Origin: an uncultured Candidatus Saccharibacteria bacterium
GTDB taxonomy: Bacteria; Patescibacteriota; Saccharimonadia; Saccharimonadales; Saccharimonadaceae
Length of the DNA: 53,415 nt
Assembly (NCBI GenBank): GCA_964570115.1
Contig: CAZMWH010000001.1
Location: 1 to 53,415, forward strand
Direction of reading: 5' to 3'
Under the pieces are notes generated by a model. It did not search any database. It was not told the DNA's origin and was given only the letters and a program-made list of their open reading frames with translations. The translations under genes were made by a program, and so were the position numbers. Shown here one piece after another: positions 1 to 9,151 of this stretch (its first letter is position 1; each line of letters opens with the position of its first letter).

Positions 1-2
1 GC

Positions 3-815
3 CCAACCCAATCCGACCGCCGCGAAACCGTCGACGTCGACGATACCGAAGAATGCGAAGATTTCTTTAACTGCCCAACCGGTGGCGGAGATGGTGGCGA
101 TACTGGTGGCACCGGTGGTAGTACAGGCGGTACAGGCAGCACCGGAGGAACCGGAGGTGGGACTGGAGGGACTGGAGGTACTGGCGGAACAGGTGGCACA
201 GGAGGAACAAGCGGTACTGGTGACGAAACTATCAACGACTGGTTTAAAACCGTAAAAAACCGCGCTAAAAAGTTTTGGATGGGTCAATGTGGCGAATCAT
301 CCTTTAGTAATATCCAGTTTAGCTCCGGAACCATCTGTACTGACGGTTGTTCCGTTACTGCTTTCTCGATGGTCGCCTCAATCTACTACAACTCTAAAAT
401 CACTCCCGCTACAACCGTCAACTTAACCGGTAGCTATCGCTCCAACCCCAGTACTGACGCCGGCGTCATTTCCACCATGGCGAACAATGCCGCCAAAAAG
501 GGCTACAACCTCAGAACCTCCGACATCTCCTATTCTAAAATGACCATAGAAAACGTCGATAAAGTTTTAAACCAAAAGAAAATGATAATTATTTCTTGCG
601 AAGGTGGCGTTCCTTGCGCCCGAACCGGCAAAACTACCAAGGGTCACTTTATCGCCATCGTCGGTATCGACCCCTCAAACTCCAACAACTACATCATCGC
701 TAATTCTCATGGTCAAAACCCCTTTAAAAGCAACCAATCTTTCTCAAAAAATTCCGTTCTTGAACTTATCAGAATCCATAAACGCAAGGGTAAAATAATC
801 TGGAGAGAAAGTTAA
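3..815 (+). CDS. 5'-truncated protein with Gly/Thr linker and C-terminal papain-like (peptidase C39-like) domain
   Basis: Frame is open from position 3 (PTQSDRRETVDVDD...) through the tracked ORF 279..815; Q..GCSVTAFSMV, GHFIAIVG and IIANSHG give a Cys-His-Asn/Asp arrangement typical of C39-like domains. Confidence 0.7.
   Translation, partial: PTQSDRRETVDVDDTEECEDFFNCPTGGGDGGDTGGTGGSTGGTGSTGGTGGGTGGTGGTGGTGGTGGTSGTGDETINDWFKTVKNRAKKFWMGQCGESSFSNIQFSSGTICTDGCSVTAFSMVASIYYNSKITPATTVNLTGSYRSNPSTDAGVISTMANNAAKKGYNLRTSDISYSKMTIENVDKVLNQKKMIIISCEGGVPCARTGKTTKGHFIAIVGIDPSNSNNYIIANSHGQNPFKSNQSFSKNSVLELIRIHKRKGKIIWRES
81..221 (+). repeat. Low-complexity GGT (Gly-Gly-Thr) coding repeat, flexible linker
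   Basis: Translates as GGGDGGDTGGTGGSTGGTGSTGGTGGGTGGTGGTGGTGGTGGTSGTG with varied codons. Confidence 0.9.
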
Positions 816-976
816 TGTCTAAACATAATAAACTAATTTTTCTAATCGTTTTTGCTGCGTTTCTAATCATCGCCGTTTCTCTAACCATCTCCGTCCTCAC
901 TCGACCGTCCTACGATCCCGACGAATTTAAAGATGGCGAACCTATAGACATCATCGAACCCGAAGAAGCGCCTTAA
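815..976 (+). CDS. 53-aa single-pass membrane protein (not in ORF track)
   Basis: ATG overlaps the upstream stop (TAATG); MSKHNK-LIFLIVFAAFLIIAVSLTISVL-TRPSYDPDEFKDGEPIDIIEPEEAP; stop abuts the recF stop. Confidence 0.7.
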   Translation: MSKHNKLIFLIVFAAFLIIAVSLTISVLTRPSYDPDEFKDGEPIDIIEPEEAP

Positions 977-1995
977 ATATCCTCAACTCCATTCACGCTC
1001 GTAATAAAAACCTGATTTTTCTTAAAGTTTTTAACGAGGCTTTTCTGCCTCATCTCATCAAGTTCCGAAAACACATCGTCTAAAAGCACAATCGGCTCCT
1101 TCCCAAGCGTCTTCAAAATCATCTCCGCCTCAATAAACTTCAGCGCAATCACAATACTTCTAACCTCCCCTCGGCTCGCCGACCCGTCCGCCTCTGATTT
1201 ATTAAACCAAAAACTATAATTATCTCTATGCACCCCAAACCCCGTATGTCCCAAAATCTTATCTCGCGCAAATTCCTTTTCTAACCTCGAAAGATATTCA
1301 CTCTCTAAAAATCCTTCCGTATCCGCCTCATATTTTATAAAAACCTCGTCTTTGTTCTCCGCAATCCCTCGATAAACATCCGTTAATTTCTCATTAATCT
1401 CCTTAATCATTTTTTCTCGAAACTTCCGAATCTCAACCCCATATTTCGCAAGCAACAAGTTCCAAGAAAACGCCGTCTCCGCCGATAAAAACTCCGACTT
1501 TAATAGTTCGTTCCTCTGTTTAAGTGCCTTATTATATTTTAAAAGGGAATTATAATACCCCTCGTTTAGTTGTCCAAAGCTCCGATCAAAATACTCCCGC
1601 TTTTTTCCTGGACTCGTCGAAACCAGTCCTAAATCGTCCGGCAAAAACAAAACGACCGGATATTTATATTTTTTCGGCAACCTTAAAAACTTTTTATCCC
1701 CACACAAAAACGTTTTTCTTCCACCCCTCTTCGATCCGTCCGCCTGAAACACCACCACGACCTTCTCTCCGCTCGTATAGTCTAACTCAACTCGATAAAA
1801 CTCCTCTCCTCGTTTTAAAATCTCTCGGTCAACCGCCCGAAAACTTTTCCCCTGCGTCGCCTCATAAATCGCCTCTAAAATCGAAGTTTTTCCTCCGCCA
1901 TTCTCCCCCGTAATCATCGTCGTCATTTTCCAGCAAGAAAGCAAAAACGTCTCGTGGCTTCTAAAATTATTTAACTTGACCGACTTTATAATCAT
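973..1995 (-). CDS. recF: DNA replication/repair protein RecF
   Basis: LNNFRSH start, Walker A GENGGGKT, SRGE signature, Walker B LLDDVFSELD; directly downstream of dnaN. Confidence 0.95.
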   Translation of the reverse strand: MIIKSVKLNNFRSHETFLLSCWKMTTMITGENGGGKTSILEAIYEATQGKSFRAVDREILKRGEEFYRVELDYTSGEKVVVVFQADGSKRGGRKTFLCGDKKFLRLPKKYKYPVVLFLPDDLGLVSTSPGKKREYFDRSFGQLNEGYYNSLLKYNKALKQRNELLKSEFLSAETAFSWNLLLAKYGVEIRKFREKMIKEINEKLTDVYRGIAENKDEVFIKYEADTEGFLESEYLSRLEKEFARDKILGHTGFGVHRDNYSFWFNKSEADGSASRGEVRSIVIALKFIEAEMILKTLGKEPIVLLDDVFSELDEMRQKSLVKNFKKNQVFITSVNGVEDI

Positions 1996-1996
1996 C

Positions 1997-3103
1997 TTAA
2001 ACTTTTAATGGCATAATAATATGCGTATATTTTCCGCTTTTTTCGTTCCTAATCACAACTGGCGACAACTTTCCCGAAATCCCAAACTTCAATTTTTCTT
2101 CCTCTAACGCATTTATTGCGTCAATTAAGAACTTCGAGTTTAACGTAACCTTCGCGTCTTCTTTAACTTCCGTCTCAATCTCCGAGTCATTCTCCCCAAA
2201 CTCATTCGCCACCGCCCTAACCGAGAACGTCCCCGCTTCTTTCTTCGTCTCACAAGCAATCGACCCCCCAACTTCTCGCGCAAACAACGCCGCCAGCTTC
2301 GTTACTCGAACCAACTCGCCCTTATCCAAAACAATATCCTGCTCCGTCTCCTTCGGAATTAACTGTCGATAATCCGGAAAACTCCCGTCGATTAGTTTCG
2401 ACGTAATTTCTATCTCCCCAAGCCTAAACCGAACTTGCGTCTCATCAAACAAAATCTCAATTTCCTCAACATCGTCTGCAATCGACCTCAAAACCTCACC
2501 CAAACTTCCCGTCGGAACAATCGCCATCACTTCCGCCTCAACTTTATCAATAAACTTCCTCTCTGCTAGCCTATATCCGTCCGTTGCCGCAATATAAAGC
2601 GCCCCCTCAAACGTATTAAAATAAACTCCCGTTAGTGCCGGACGCGTCATATCATTTGAACTCGCCACCATCACCTGATTTATTCCAACTTTAAATTCAT
2701 CTACCCCAATCTTAAACCTCGCCGCTTTCTCCTCGTCAATCCCCGGTAGCTCCGGAAAATCATCTGCTACTGTCCCGTTCATTACCGAAGAGTATTTTCC
2801 CGCTTTCGTTGTTACTTTTGTCCCCTCTGCCGTCAAGGAAATTTTCTCCCCCTTCGGCAAGTTCGCAATAAACTCCGCCAAAAGCTTTGCCGGAACCGTG
2901 ATCACCCCGTCTTTCGCCTCTGCAACCGGTAAATAATCAACTACTGCCATATCTAAATTAGTGGTTGTAAGACTTACCCTCCCCGAATCAACCCTAATTA
3001 AAACGTTATTAAGCACCGGTAATGTTGTCCTGCTCCCCGCGGCAACTCGCGAGACCACATTTAAAGCCTTGCTTAATCTCGATTGTTCTACTTGAATCTC
3101 CAT
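1997..3103 (-). CDS. dnaN: DNA polymerase III beta sliding clamp
   Basis: 368 aa; LPVLNNVL, TTNLD, RPALTGV, AATDGYRLA, LIDGSFPDY, C-terminal IIMPL. Confidence 0.98.
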   Translation of the reverse strand: MEIQVEQSRLSKALNVVSRVAAGSRTTLPVLNNVLIRVDSGRVSLTTTNLDMAVVDYLPVAEAKDGVITVPAKLLAEFIANLPKGEKISLTAEGTKVTTKAGKYSSVMNGTVADDFPELPGIDEEKAARFKIGVDEFKVGINQVMVASSNDMTRPALTGVYFNTFEGALYIAATDGYRLAERKFIDKVEAEVMAIVPTGSLGEVLRSIADDVEEIEILFDETQVRFRLGEIEITSKLIDGSFPDYRQLIPKETEQDIVLDKGELVRVTKLAALFAREVGGSIACETKKEAGTFSVRAVANEFGENDSEIETEVKEDAKVTLNSKFLIDAINALEEEKLKFGISGKLSPVVIRNEKSGKYTHIIMPLKV

Positions 3104-3367
3104 CTTCTTTTTCCTCCTTCTTTATAAAATATTTAATAATAGTAATAATAAGCTATGTGGAAATCGTGGAAATCCCCCCATTTTATCTTGAACTCCCGCG
3201 TGGAAAACTTCTCGTAAATCTTCCTAAAACTCTGCGCATTTCTCCAACTTTCCCCCACCATTCCTCCAAAATCTCCCTTCCTCTCCTCTTTTTCACAGCT
3301 TTTCCCACTCTCTTTCCACCACCACTCCACAACTTTTCCCACAGCTTTTTCCACAGTTTTGACAAAA
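3104..3367. other. Replication origin oriC (dnaA-dnaN intergenic part)
   Basis: AT-rich 3120-3151 containing TAA TAA TAG TAA TAA TAA trios (3134-3151), tandem boxes TGTGGAAAT/CGTGGAAAT (3156-3173), further boxes TTTCCCACA (3335-3343) and TTTTCCACA (3347-3355). Confidence 0.85.
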
Positions 3368-4744
3368 TTAAGCATAAATATTCTCCTTAATTTCCTCAAC
3401 CTGCCCCCTTAACTCTTGGTCTTCAGATAAATCTCGGTCAATTTTTTTAATCCCGTGCATCACCGTCGTATGGTCTTTTACTCCAACTTCTAGTGCAATC
3501 TTTGGCGTCGACATCGCGAGCTCCTTCGACAAAAGATACATCGCGACCTGTCTCGCGTTTTTAATATTAGAAACCCGGCTTTTCCCACACATTTCCTTAA
3601 CTGTCAGCTCGTAATACTTCGCCACTTTCTCAACCACCTGCTTCGCCGAAACCGTCTTTGTTCTTTTGATCGACGACCCCGAAACGAACCCGTCGTTAAT
3701 CAACTCTAGTGGCGTCATTCCTCTCAGTTCAGAAATCGCCATAATCTTCTGGAACTCCCCCTCGAGGTCGCGAATGTTCGTCTTAATGTTTTCCGCAATA
3801 AACTCAATCGCTACATCCTCAATCTCAAACCCCAAAAACTCCGCCTTTGACTTCAAAATTGCGCATCTATCCTCAAAAGAAGGGAACTGCAAATCAAACT
3901 CTCCCCCCATCGACAACCGACTCGACAGTCTCACATCAAGCGTCTTAATCTCGCTTGGTAACCTATCGCTCGTAATAATAATCTGTTTGTTCGCCTGGTG
4001 TAGGTCATTAAAGATATTAAAAAACTCAACTTGGCTCTTTTCCTTCCCGACCATAAACTGAAAATCATCCACAATCAAAACATCAACCTTACGATATTTA
4101 TCCGCAAACGAATCCGCCTTCCCCGATTTAATCGAAGAAATAAAATCCGAATAAAAATGATTAATCGGGATATAAAGCACTTTCGCCTTCGGGTTGTTCG
4201 CTAAAATCGCGTTCCCAATCGCCTGAACGAGATGCGTCTTTCCGAGCCCCGGCCCCCCATAAAGAAAGAACGGGTTATATTTTTCCCCCGGATTTTGCAC
4301 AATGTTCTTAGCAACCCCAACCGCCAAATCGTTATTGCTCCCCACTACGAAATTATCTAAAGTATATTTCGGATTTAACCCGGTCTTAAATTGCGTAATC
4401 GGGTTTTTCGGGATATGGATATGTGCTAAATCCCCCGCCTTCTCGACCTCTTTCGGCTCCTCTCGTTTAGAGACCTCCCGCCCTCCGGTCTTTCTCCGCT
4501 TAATCGAAGTCTTAACAATATAATCTATTCTTTCCGCCTTAATATTATTATGTAAAAACGCCTCCCCAATAATATTGTCATACCTCGCCTTGAGTTGATT
4601 CGTAACGAAAACGTTCGGCGCCCCAATCGTAATTACCTCTCCTTCAATTGCAATCAGCTCCACATCTTTAAACCAAGTCTTAAATTGAGGCCCAGAAATC
4701 TTCTGCTCTAATTCTGCTAAAACGTTTTTCCAAACGTTAAACAC
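3368..4744 (-). CDS. dnaA: Chromosomal replication initiator DnaA
   Basis: LNPKYTLDNFVVG, YNPFFLYGGPGLGKTHL, LIVDDFQF, RLSSR, NIRDLEG, ARQVAMYL, DHTTVMH; upstream AGGAGG. Confidence 0.99.
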   Translation of the reverse strand: MFNVWKNVLAELEQKISGPQFKTWFKDVELIAIEGEVITIGAPNVFVTNQLKARYDNIIGEAFLHNNIKAERIDYIVKTSIKRRKTGGREVSKREEPKEVEKAGDLAHIHIPKNPITQFKTGLNPKYTLDNFVVGSNNDLAVGVAKNIVQNPGEKYNPFFLYGGPGLGKTHLVQAIGNAILANNPKAKVLYIPINHFYSDFISSIKSGKADSFADKYRKVDVLIVDDFQFMVGKEKSQVEFFNIFNDLHQANKQIIITSDRLPSEIKTLDVRLSSRLSMGGEFDLQFPSFEDRCAILKSKAEFLGFEIEDVAIEFIAENIKTNIRDLEGEFQKIMAISELRGMTPLELINDGFVSGSSIKRTKTVSAKQVVEKVAKYYELTVKEMCGKSRVSNIKNARQVAMYLLSKELAMSTPKIALEVGVKDHTTVMHGIKKIDRDLSEDQELRGQVEEIKENIYA

Positions 4745-4797
4745 TTCTCTTTGACCTCCTTTCCTAACACCCCTAATTATACAAAACTCCTCAAAAC

Positions 4798-4903
4798 TTT
4801 TCCACAGGTTTCTTCCTGATTTTTCATTTTATATTATAAAACCCCGCTAATAGGGGAAGACTTTTCCACAGAAACTTCCTAAATCTGTACCCAATGTGGA
4901 AAA
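4798..4903. promoter_or_regulatory. DnaA boxes upstream of dnaA (autoregulation / second part of a bipartite origin)
   Basis: TTTTCCACA at 4798-4806 and 4862-4870; TGTGGAAAA at 4895-4903. Confidence 0.8.
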
Positions 4904-4982
4904 CTCCTTGTCGAAAGCGAAAAACTGATGTATAATATACTAAATATTTGACAATAACTAAAACTATATAGGATAACTTAAA

Positions 4983-5120
4983 ATGCCGAAACGAACTTAT
5001 CAGCCCCACAAGCGCCAACGCAAAGTTGAGCACGGTTTTATGAAGAGAAACTCTTCTCATTCCGGCCGCCTCGTTCTTAAGCGCCGCCGCCTAAAAGGTC
5101 GCGCTCGCCTAACCGCCTAA
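4983..5120 (+). CDS. rpmH: 50S ribosomal protein L34 (not in ORF track)
   Basis: [45 protein letters not shown]; divergent from dnaA, upstream of rnpA. Confidence 0.98.
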   Translation: MPKRTYQPHKRQRKVEHGFMKRNSSHSGRLVLKRRRLKGRARLTA

Positions 5121-5133
5121 CTGTTAAAAATCC

Positions 5134-5160
5134 AAAATCTCCCTTTAGGGAGATTTTATT
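5134..5160 (+). terminator. Intrinsic terminator-like hairpin after rpmH
   Basis: AAAATCTCCC-TTTA-GGGAGATTTT followed by ATT. Confidence 0.75.
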
Positions 5161-5176
5161 ATATAATATATATAAT

Positions 5177-5518
5177 ATGTTAAACAAAAAATACCGTTTC
5201 CATTCTCGCGGTGGCGTTAAATATACTTACAAACACGGCAAAACCGTCCGTTCTCAAAAGCTCGCCCTAGTTTTTAACGAAAACCCGCGCCATTTCACCC
5301 GTGTCGCTGTTGTTGTCTCGAAAAAGGTTAACAAAACCGCCGTCGGTCGCAACCGTATCCGCCGTCGGATTTACGAAGCTGTCCGCCTAAACTTCAACTC
5401 TCTTCCAAAAAACCGCGACTATATTTTTATCGTTTATGACCCCTCGCTAAAATCCCTCCCTTTCTCCGACCTCTCGAAACTTGTCTGTTCTCTAGTCAAG
5501 GAAAGTGTGATAGAATAA
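5177..5518 (+). CDS. rnpA: Ribonuclease P protein component
   Basis: RVAVVVSKKVNKTAVGRNRIRRRIYE RNR motif; conserved position. Confidence 0.97.
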   Translation: MLNKKYRFHSRGGVKYTYKHGKTVRSQKLALVFNENPRHFTRVAVVVSKKVNKTAVGRNRIRRRIYEAVRLNFNSLPKNRDYIFIVYDPSLKSLPFSDLSKLVCSLVKESVIE

Positions 5519-5522
5519 AACT

Positions 5523-6569
5523 ATGTTTGATTTTATCGATATGATTGTTGTTCGCCCAATCGCGAACATTCTCTTCTTTATCTATAACTACGTCGGCGAT
5601 TTTGGTCTCGCAATTATCCTCTTTGTTCTTCTCGTTAAGATGTTGATGTGGCCGCTCGTTAAGCGCCAGCTTTACCAGGTCAAGTTAATGCGTAAACTCC
5701 AGCCCGAGCTTGCCGAAATCAAAAAGAACTGCAACGGCAATCGCCAACTCGAGTCTCTCCAGACGATGGATCTCTACAAACGTTATAACGTAAAACCCTT
5801 CCGCTCTGTTCTCTCGATTTTAATTCAACTCCCCATCTTTATCGCCCTCTATACCGCAATCCGCGTTATGGCGGTTCCGAACTTAAGTGATAATCTCGAA
5901 AAGCGCGCTTATAGTTTCATCAACTACGACGGCTCCCGCGTTGCCGAAGTAATCTCCCTCCAAAAACCCTATCTCGAAGCCTTCGAAGAATATAATCTAA
6001 AGCTAAAAGACGAATTCCTCTCCGAAGACGAGAAAAAAGCGCTCTCTGCCCCGACTTACGATTTTGAGCCAAAGCTCTTTAATCTTGTTGATCTCGGCGC
6101 AAAAGCCGGCTTCTCTAACGCCAGCTCTATCGCTGTTCTTTTCTTCGCTGTCCTCGCCGCTTTTTCTCAATATTTCACCACAAAACAACAACACTCTTCC
6201 GGCAAATCCAAGTCCAAAGGTTTCCGCGCCCTAATGAAAGAAGCTGCCTCTGGCAAAGAACCGTCCCAGGCCGAAATCAACGATATGACAACTGCCCAAA
6301 TGGGGAAGATGATGCCGATTATGCTTTTCTTAATTATGATTAACCTCCCCGGCGCCCTCGTCCTTTATTATCTTCTCTCGAATATGATAACTTTCGCCCA
6401 ACAGCGCTTCGTCTTAAAGAAAGCCGAAGAAGAGATGGAAATCTCCGCTGACCGTCGAGTAATTAAAGAACTAAAGAAAATTAAAGAAGCTGAAATAATC
6501 GAAAATAAAAAATCAGGAACAAAAATAACTCGAATCTCCGCGAAAGATATTAAAAAGAAAAGGAGATAA
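5523..6569 (+). CDS. yidC: Membrane protein insertase YidC
   Basis: FGLAIILFVLLVK, MRKLQPEL, LIQLPIFIALY, LPGALVLYYLLSN; conserved position after rnpA. Confidence 0.95.
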   Translation: MFDFIDMIVVRPIANILFFIYNYVGDFGLAIILFVLLVKMLMWPLVKRQLYQVKLMRKLQPELAEIKKNCNGNRQLESLQTMDLYKRYNVKPFRSVLSILIQLPIFIALYTAIRVMAVPNLSDNLEKRAYSFINYDGSRVAEVISLQKPYLEAFEEYNLKLKDEFLSEDEKKALSAPTYDFEPKLFNLVDLGAKAGFSNASSIAVLFFAVLAAFSQYFTTKQQHSSGKSKSKGFRALMKEAASGKEPSQAEINDMTTAQMGKMMPIMLFLIMINLPGALVLYYLLSNMITFAQQRFVLKKAEEEMEISADRRVIKELKKIKEAEIIENKKSGTKITRISAKDIKKKRR

Positions 6570-6571
6570 CA

Positions 6572-7033
6572 ATGAATAAAGATGAATCTATCCGCTTCGC
6601 GACAAAATACCTAGAAGATTTACTAAGTTTCTTCGGCATCAACGTCGCTGTCTGGAGTACCGTTGACGACGAAGTCATCCAACTTTCCGTCCCCTCGACT
6701 TCGATGAATAGCCTCCTGATAGGGAAGAACGCCGATAATCTTCGCTCGCTCCAATACATCGTTTCTCAAGCTCTCATTTCTCGCGATGCCGAAATTACTC
6801 GCGTTAATGTCGACATTGCCGACTATAAACGCCAGCGCGCCGAGCGCATCGAAGAAAAAGCCGAAGGTTGGATTAAGCGCGTCCGCCAAACCGGCGAACC
6901 TCTAACTCTCGATCTTAACGCCGCCGACCGCCGCGTCGTCCATAAATTCGCCGAAGATTATTCTGACATCGAAACCCATTCCGAAGGCGAAGGTCGCGAA
7001 CGAAAGCTCATCATCTCAAAAAAGCCCGAATAA
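6572..7033 (+). CDS. jag: Jag/KhpB-like RNA-binding protein (KH + R3H)
   Basis: LIGKNADNLRSLQY (KH), DRRVVH (R3H), SEGEGRERK; follows yidC. Confidence 0.9.
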   Translation: MNKDESIRFATKYLEDLLSFFGINVAVWSTVDDEVIQLSVPSTSMNSLLIGKNADNLRSLQYIVSQALISRDAEITRVNVDIADYKRQRAERIEEKAEGWIKRVRQTGEPLTLDLNAADRRVVHKFAEDYSDIETHSEGEGRERKLIISKKPE

Positions 7034-7040
7034 TAATTTT

Positions 7041-8744
7041 TTATTCCGTTTCTTCTGTTCCGACAATCACAATAAAGTCCCACCCATATCCGGAAACGCC
7101 TTCCGGGAGGTCTTCCTCTTCGGTCGCTTCTTGTTCATAAAACTTCTCTAAGAGTTTCTTTGTCTCCGGTTTCTTCCCCTCATCCGTCGCGTAGAGCGTA
7201 TATTTCCCGCTATATTCTCCCTCCGGCGCATCGTCCGTCTTCGCCGACTTAATCTTGAGCTCCTCTTTAAGTCTCTCGGCTTCCGCCCCCGCCGCTCCGG
7301 TCTCTCCGGTTCCGTTCAAGACCAAGATTTTCGCCCCCTCCCTTTCCGCCGGATCGCTACTAATTTGTTGCTGGACATATTGTTTAATCGCCAAATAATT
7401 CCCAACCCCCGCGCTCGGAATGACATAAGAAATCCCGCCAATCTCCGTCGTCGTCATCAAACTAATTCCATTCTCATAATCTATCATCGGCAGTTGTCTT
7501 AAACTGTCAAAATCCAGCTCCTGTAATAAATGCGCCCCAGTTTTAATATCCTCAATCGAAAAGTTCGTCCTTAAATTATCCCCGAGCGCACTAATTAGTC
7601 CGGTCATTTCCCCGAAACTAACCCCGTCCTCTAAAAGTTTATCCTTAATCGCAATCAAGATTTTTTGTTGCGAATTTCCCCTCGTAAAGTCGCCCATCTC
7701 CGTCCCGTGTCTCGCCCGCGCCAGTCCCAGAGCTTCCTCTCCGTCCAGTTCATATTCAACCCCCGCTTTATAAACCGCCCCCGTCCAATAATAATCGTTA
7801 ATATCCTCGTCTAAAACGACCTTAACTCCGCCAATCGAATCAACAATATCAACTAGCGCTCCCCAGTTTAAATGAACTCGGTATTGAAAATCAACTCCTA
7901 AAATTGTCGAAACTGCCGTCTCTAGTGCCTCCGCCGCCTTTTCTTCATTCTCTCCAGTCGTATCCGCGCACCAATAGACCTCGTTAATTTTCCCGGTCGC
8001 CGTACATGTCGCCGGGCCTTTTAAATCGCGCGGCAAACTAACCATCGCCACATCTCCCGTCTCCTGGTCAAGCGAAACCATCATAATTGAATCAGTCAGT
8101 TGCGCTCCGTCGTGCGTCCCCCCGCCATAGCTTTCCCCCTCCATACTATATCCGCTCGTCCCGAAGATTAAAATATTCGTTCGCCCATTCTCATCCGTCT
8201 TCAGCGGCTCGTATTTTTCCGTTACGACTGTCGAAATTGCACTCCAAATATCCGAGTTCCCGCCTGTTAGCTTTGCAATTAAATCATTCCCCCAAAACAA
8301 AATATAAACTACTCCCCCAATTAAAAGTAGCACAATCACGAGCAAAATCGAAGTGATAACCTTCCTCTTCTTCGAGACTTTTTTCTTCTCCTTTTTTTGC
8401 TCTGCTTTCGCGTTTTTCTCCGCCGCCTTAAGTTCGCGTCGCTTTTCTTTTTCGAGCTTTTTACTTTCTTTCTTACTCATTTTCTCAACATCAAACGCCT
8501 CGACTGGCTTCAAAAAATCTTCTCGCGCCTCTTCGGCTGACTTTTTTTCAATTTCTTCTTCCTCAATTTTAATCTCGTCCGCAACCACTAGTTCTTCTGG
8601 CGCTGTTCTCCTTTTCGTAACTTTAACGTCAAAACTAGAAACCGCTGGCTTCTTCTTTGTTGTTTTTTTTACAACAGAACTCCCGGCAGTCTTTGCCTTT
8701 CTTGTCTTTAATCCATCTATACTTGTCTGTTTTTTCTTGACCAT
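7041..8744 (-). CDS. LCP (LytR-CpsA-Psr) family glycopolymer transferase with LytR_C domain
   Basis: Charged N-tail, one TM helix, NILIFG, TDSIM, SLPRDL, ARARH..GDFTR..QQ, C-terminal VLNGTG. Confidence 0.92.
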   Translation of the reverse strand: MVKKKQTSIDGLKTRKAKTAGSSVVKKTTKKKPAVSSFDVKVTKRRTAPEELVVADEIKIEEEEIEKKSAEEAREDFLKPVEAFDVEKMSKKESKKLEKEKRRELKAAEKNAKAEQKKEKKKVSKKRKVITSILLVIVLLLIGGVVYILFWGNDLIAKLTGGNSDIWSAISTVVTEKYEPLKTDENGRTNILIFGTSGYSMEGESYGGGTHDGAQLTDSIMMVSLDQETGDVAMVSLPRDLKGPATCTATGKINEVYWCADTTGENEEKAAEALETAVSTILGVDFQYRVHLNWGALVDIVDSIGGVKVVLDEDINDYYWTGAVYKAGVEYELDGEEALGLARARHGTEMGDFTRGNSQQKILIAIKDKLLEDGVSFGEMTGLISALGDNLRTNFSIEDIKTGAHLLQELDFDSLRQLPMIDYENGISLMTTTEIGGISYVIPSAGVGNYLAIKQYVQQQISSDPAEREGAKILVLNGTGETGAAGAEAERLKEELKIKSAKTDDAPEGEYSGKYTLYATDEGKKPETKKLLEKFYEQEATEEEDLPEGVSGYGWDFIVIVGTEETE

Positions 8745-8767
8745 TCGTTATATAATTGTATCATAAT

Positions 8768-9106
8768 ATGACGAAAAAACTAACAAAAAAGCAAACGCTT
8801 ATTCTCGACTTTATTTCCGAGTTCACAAAATCAAACGATTTTTCTCCGTCCTACCGCGAAATTATGCGCGGCGTCGGACTTTCTTCCGTTTCCGCCGTCG
8901 CGGAACATATCGACAACCTCGTCGAAAAAGGCGCTCTGAAAAAAACTCCCGGCGCCGCCCGCTCCCTCGAAGTAATCGACCTCTCTTTCCCCGAAACCGT
9001 AAAACTCTTTAACGCCAAAATCGCTACCTCCGACTCCGAAGAAGAAATCGAGCTCCTCCTAAAAGCCGCAAAGCTCCTCGACCTAAATCTCGACCCAGAA
9101 AACTAA
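8768..9106 (+). CDS. LexA-type DNA-binding domain protein lacking the peptidase domain
   Basis: LTKKQ..ILDFI, PSYREI..GVGLSSVSAV..H, KGAL...ARSL; only ~112 aa, no S24 domain. Confidence 0.8.
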   Translation: MTKKLTKKQTLILDFISEFTKSNDFSPSYREIMRGVGLSSVSAVAEHIDNLVEKGALKKTPGAARSLEVIDLSFPETVKLFNAKIATSDSEEEIELLLKAAKLLDLNLDPEN

Positions 9107-9151
9107 CCTTTTTATTTCTCTTATGTTATAATATAAACAGGAGAGTCATCT

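Noticed and set aside
3022-3399. Three short ORFs across the dnaA-dnaN spacer
   Set aside because: They translate DnaA boxes and trios (VEK/LWK repeats, YYYY); better explained as oriC.
4824-5060. 78-aa minus-strand ORF
   Set aside because: Antisense to rpmH and its promoter; no motif.
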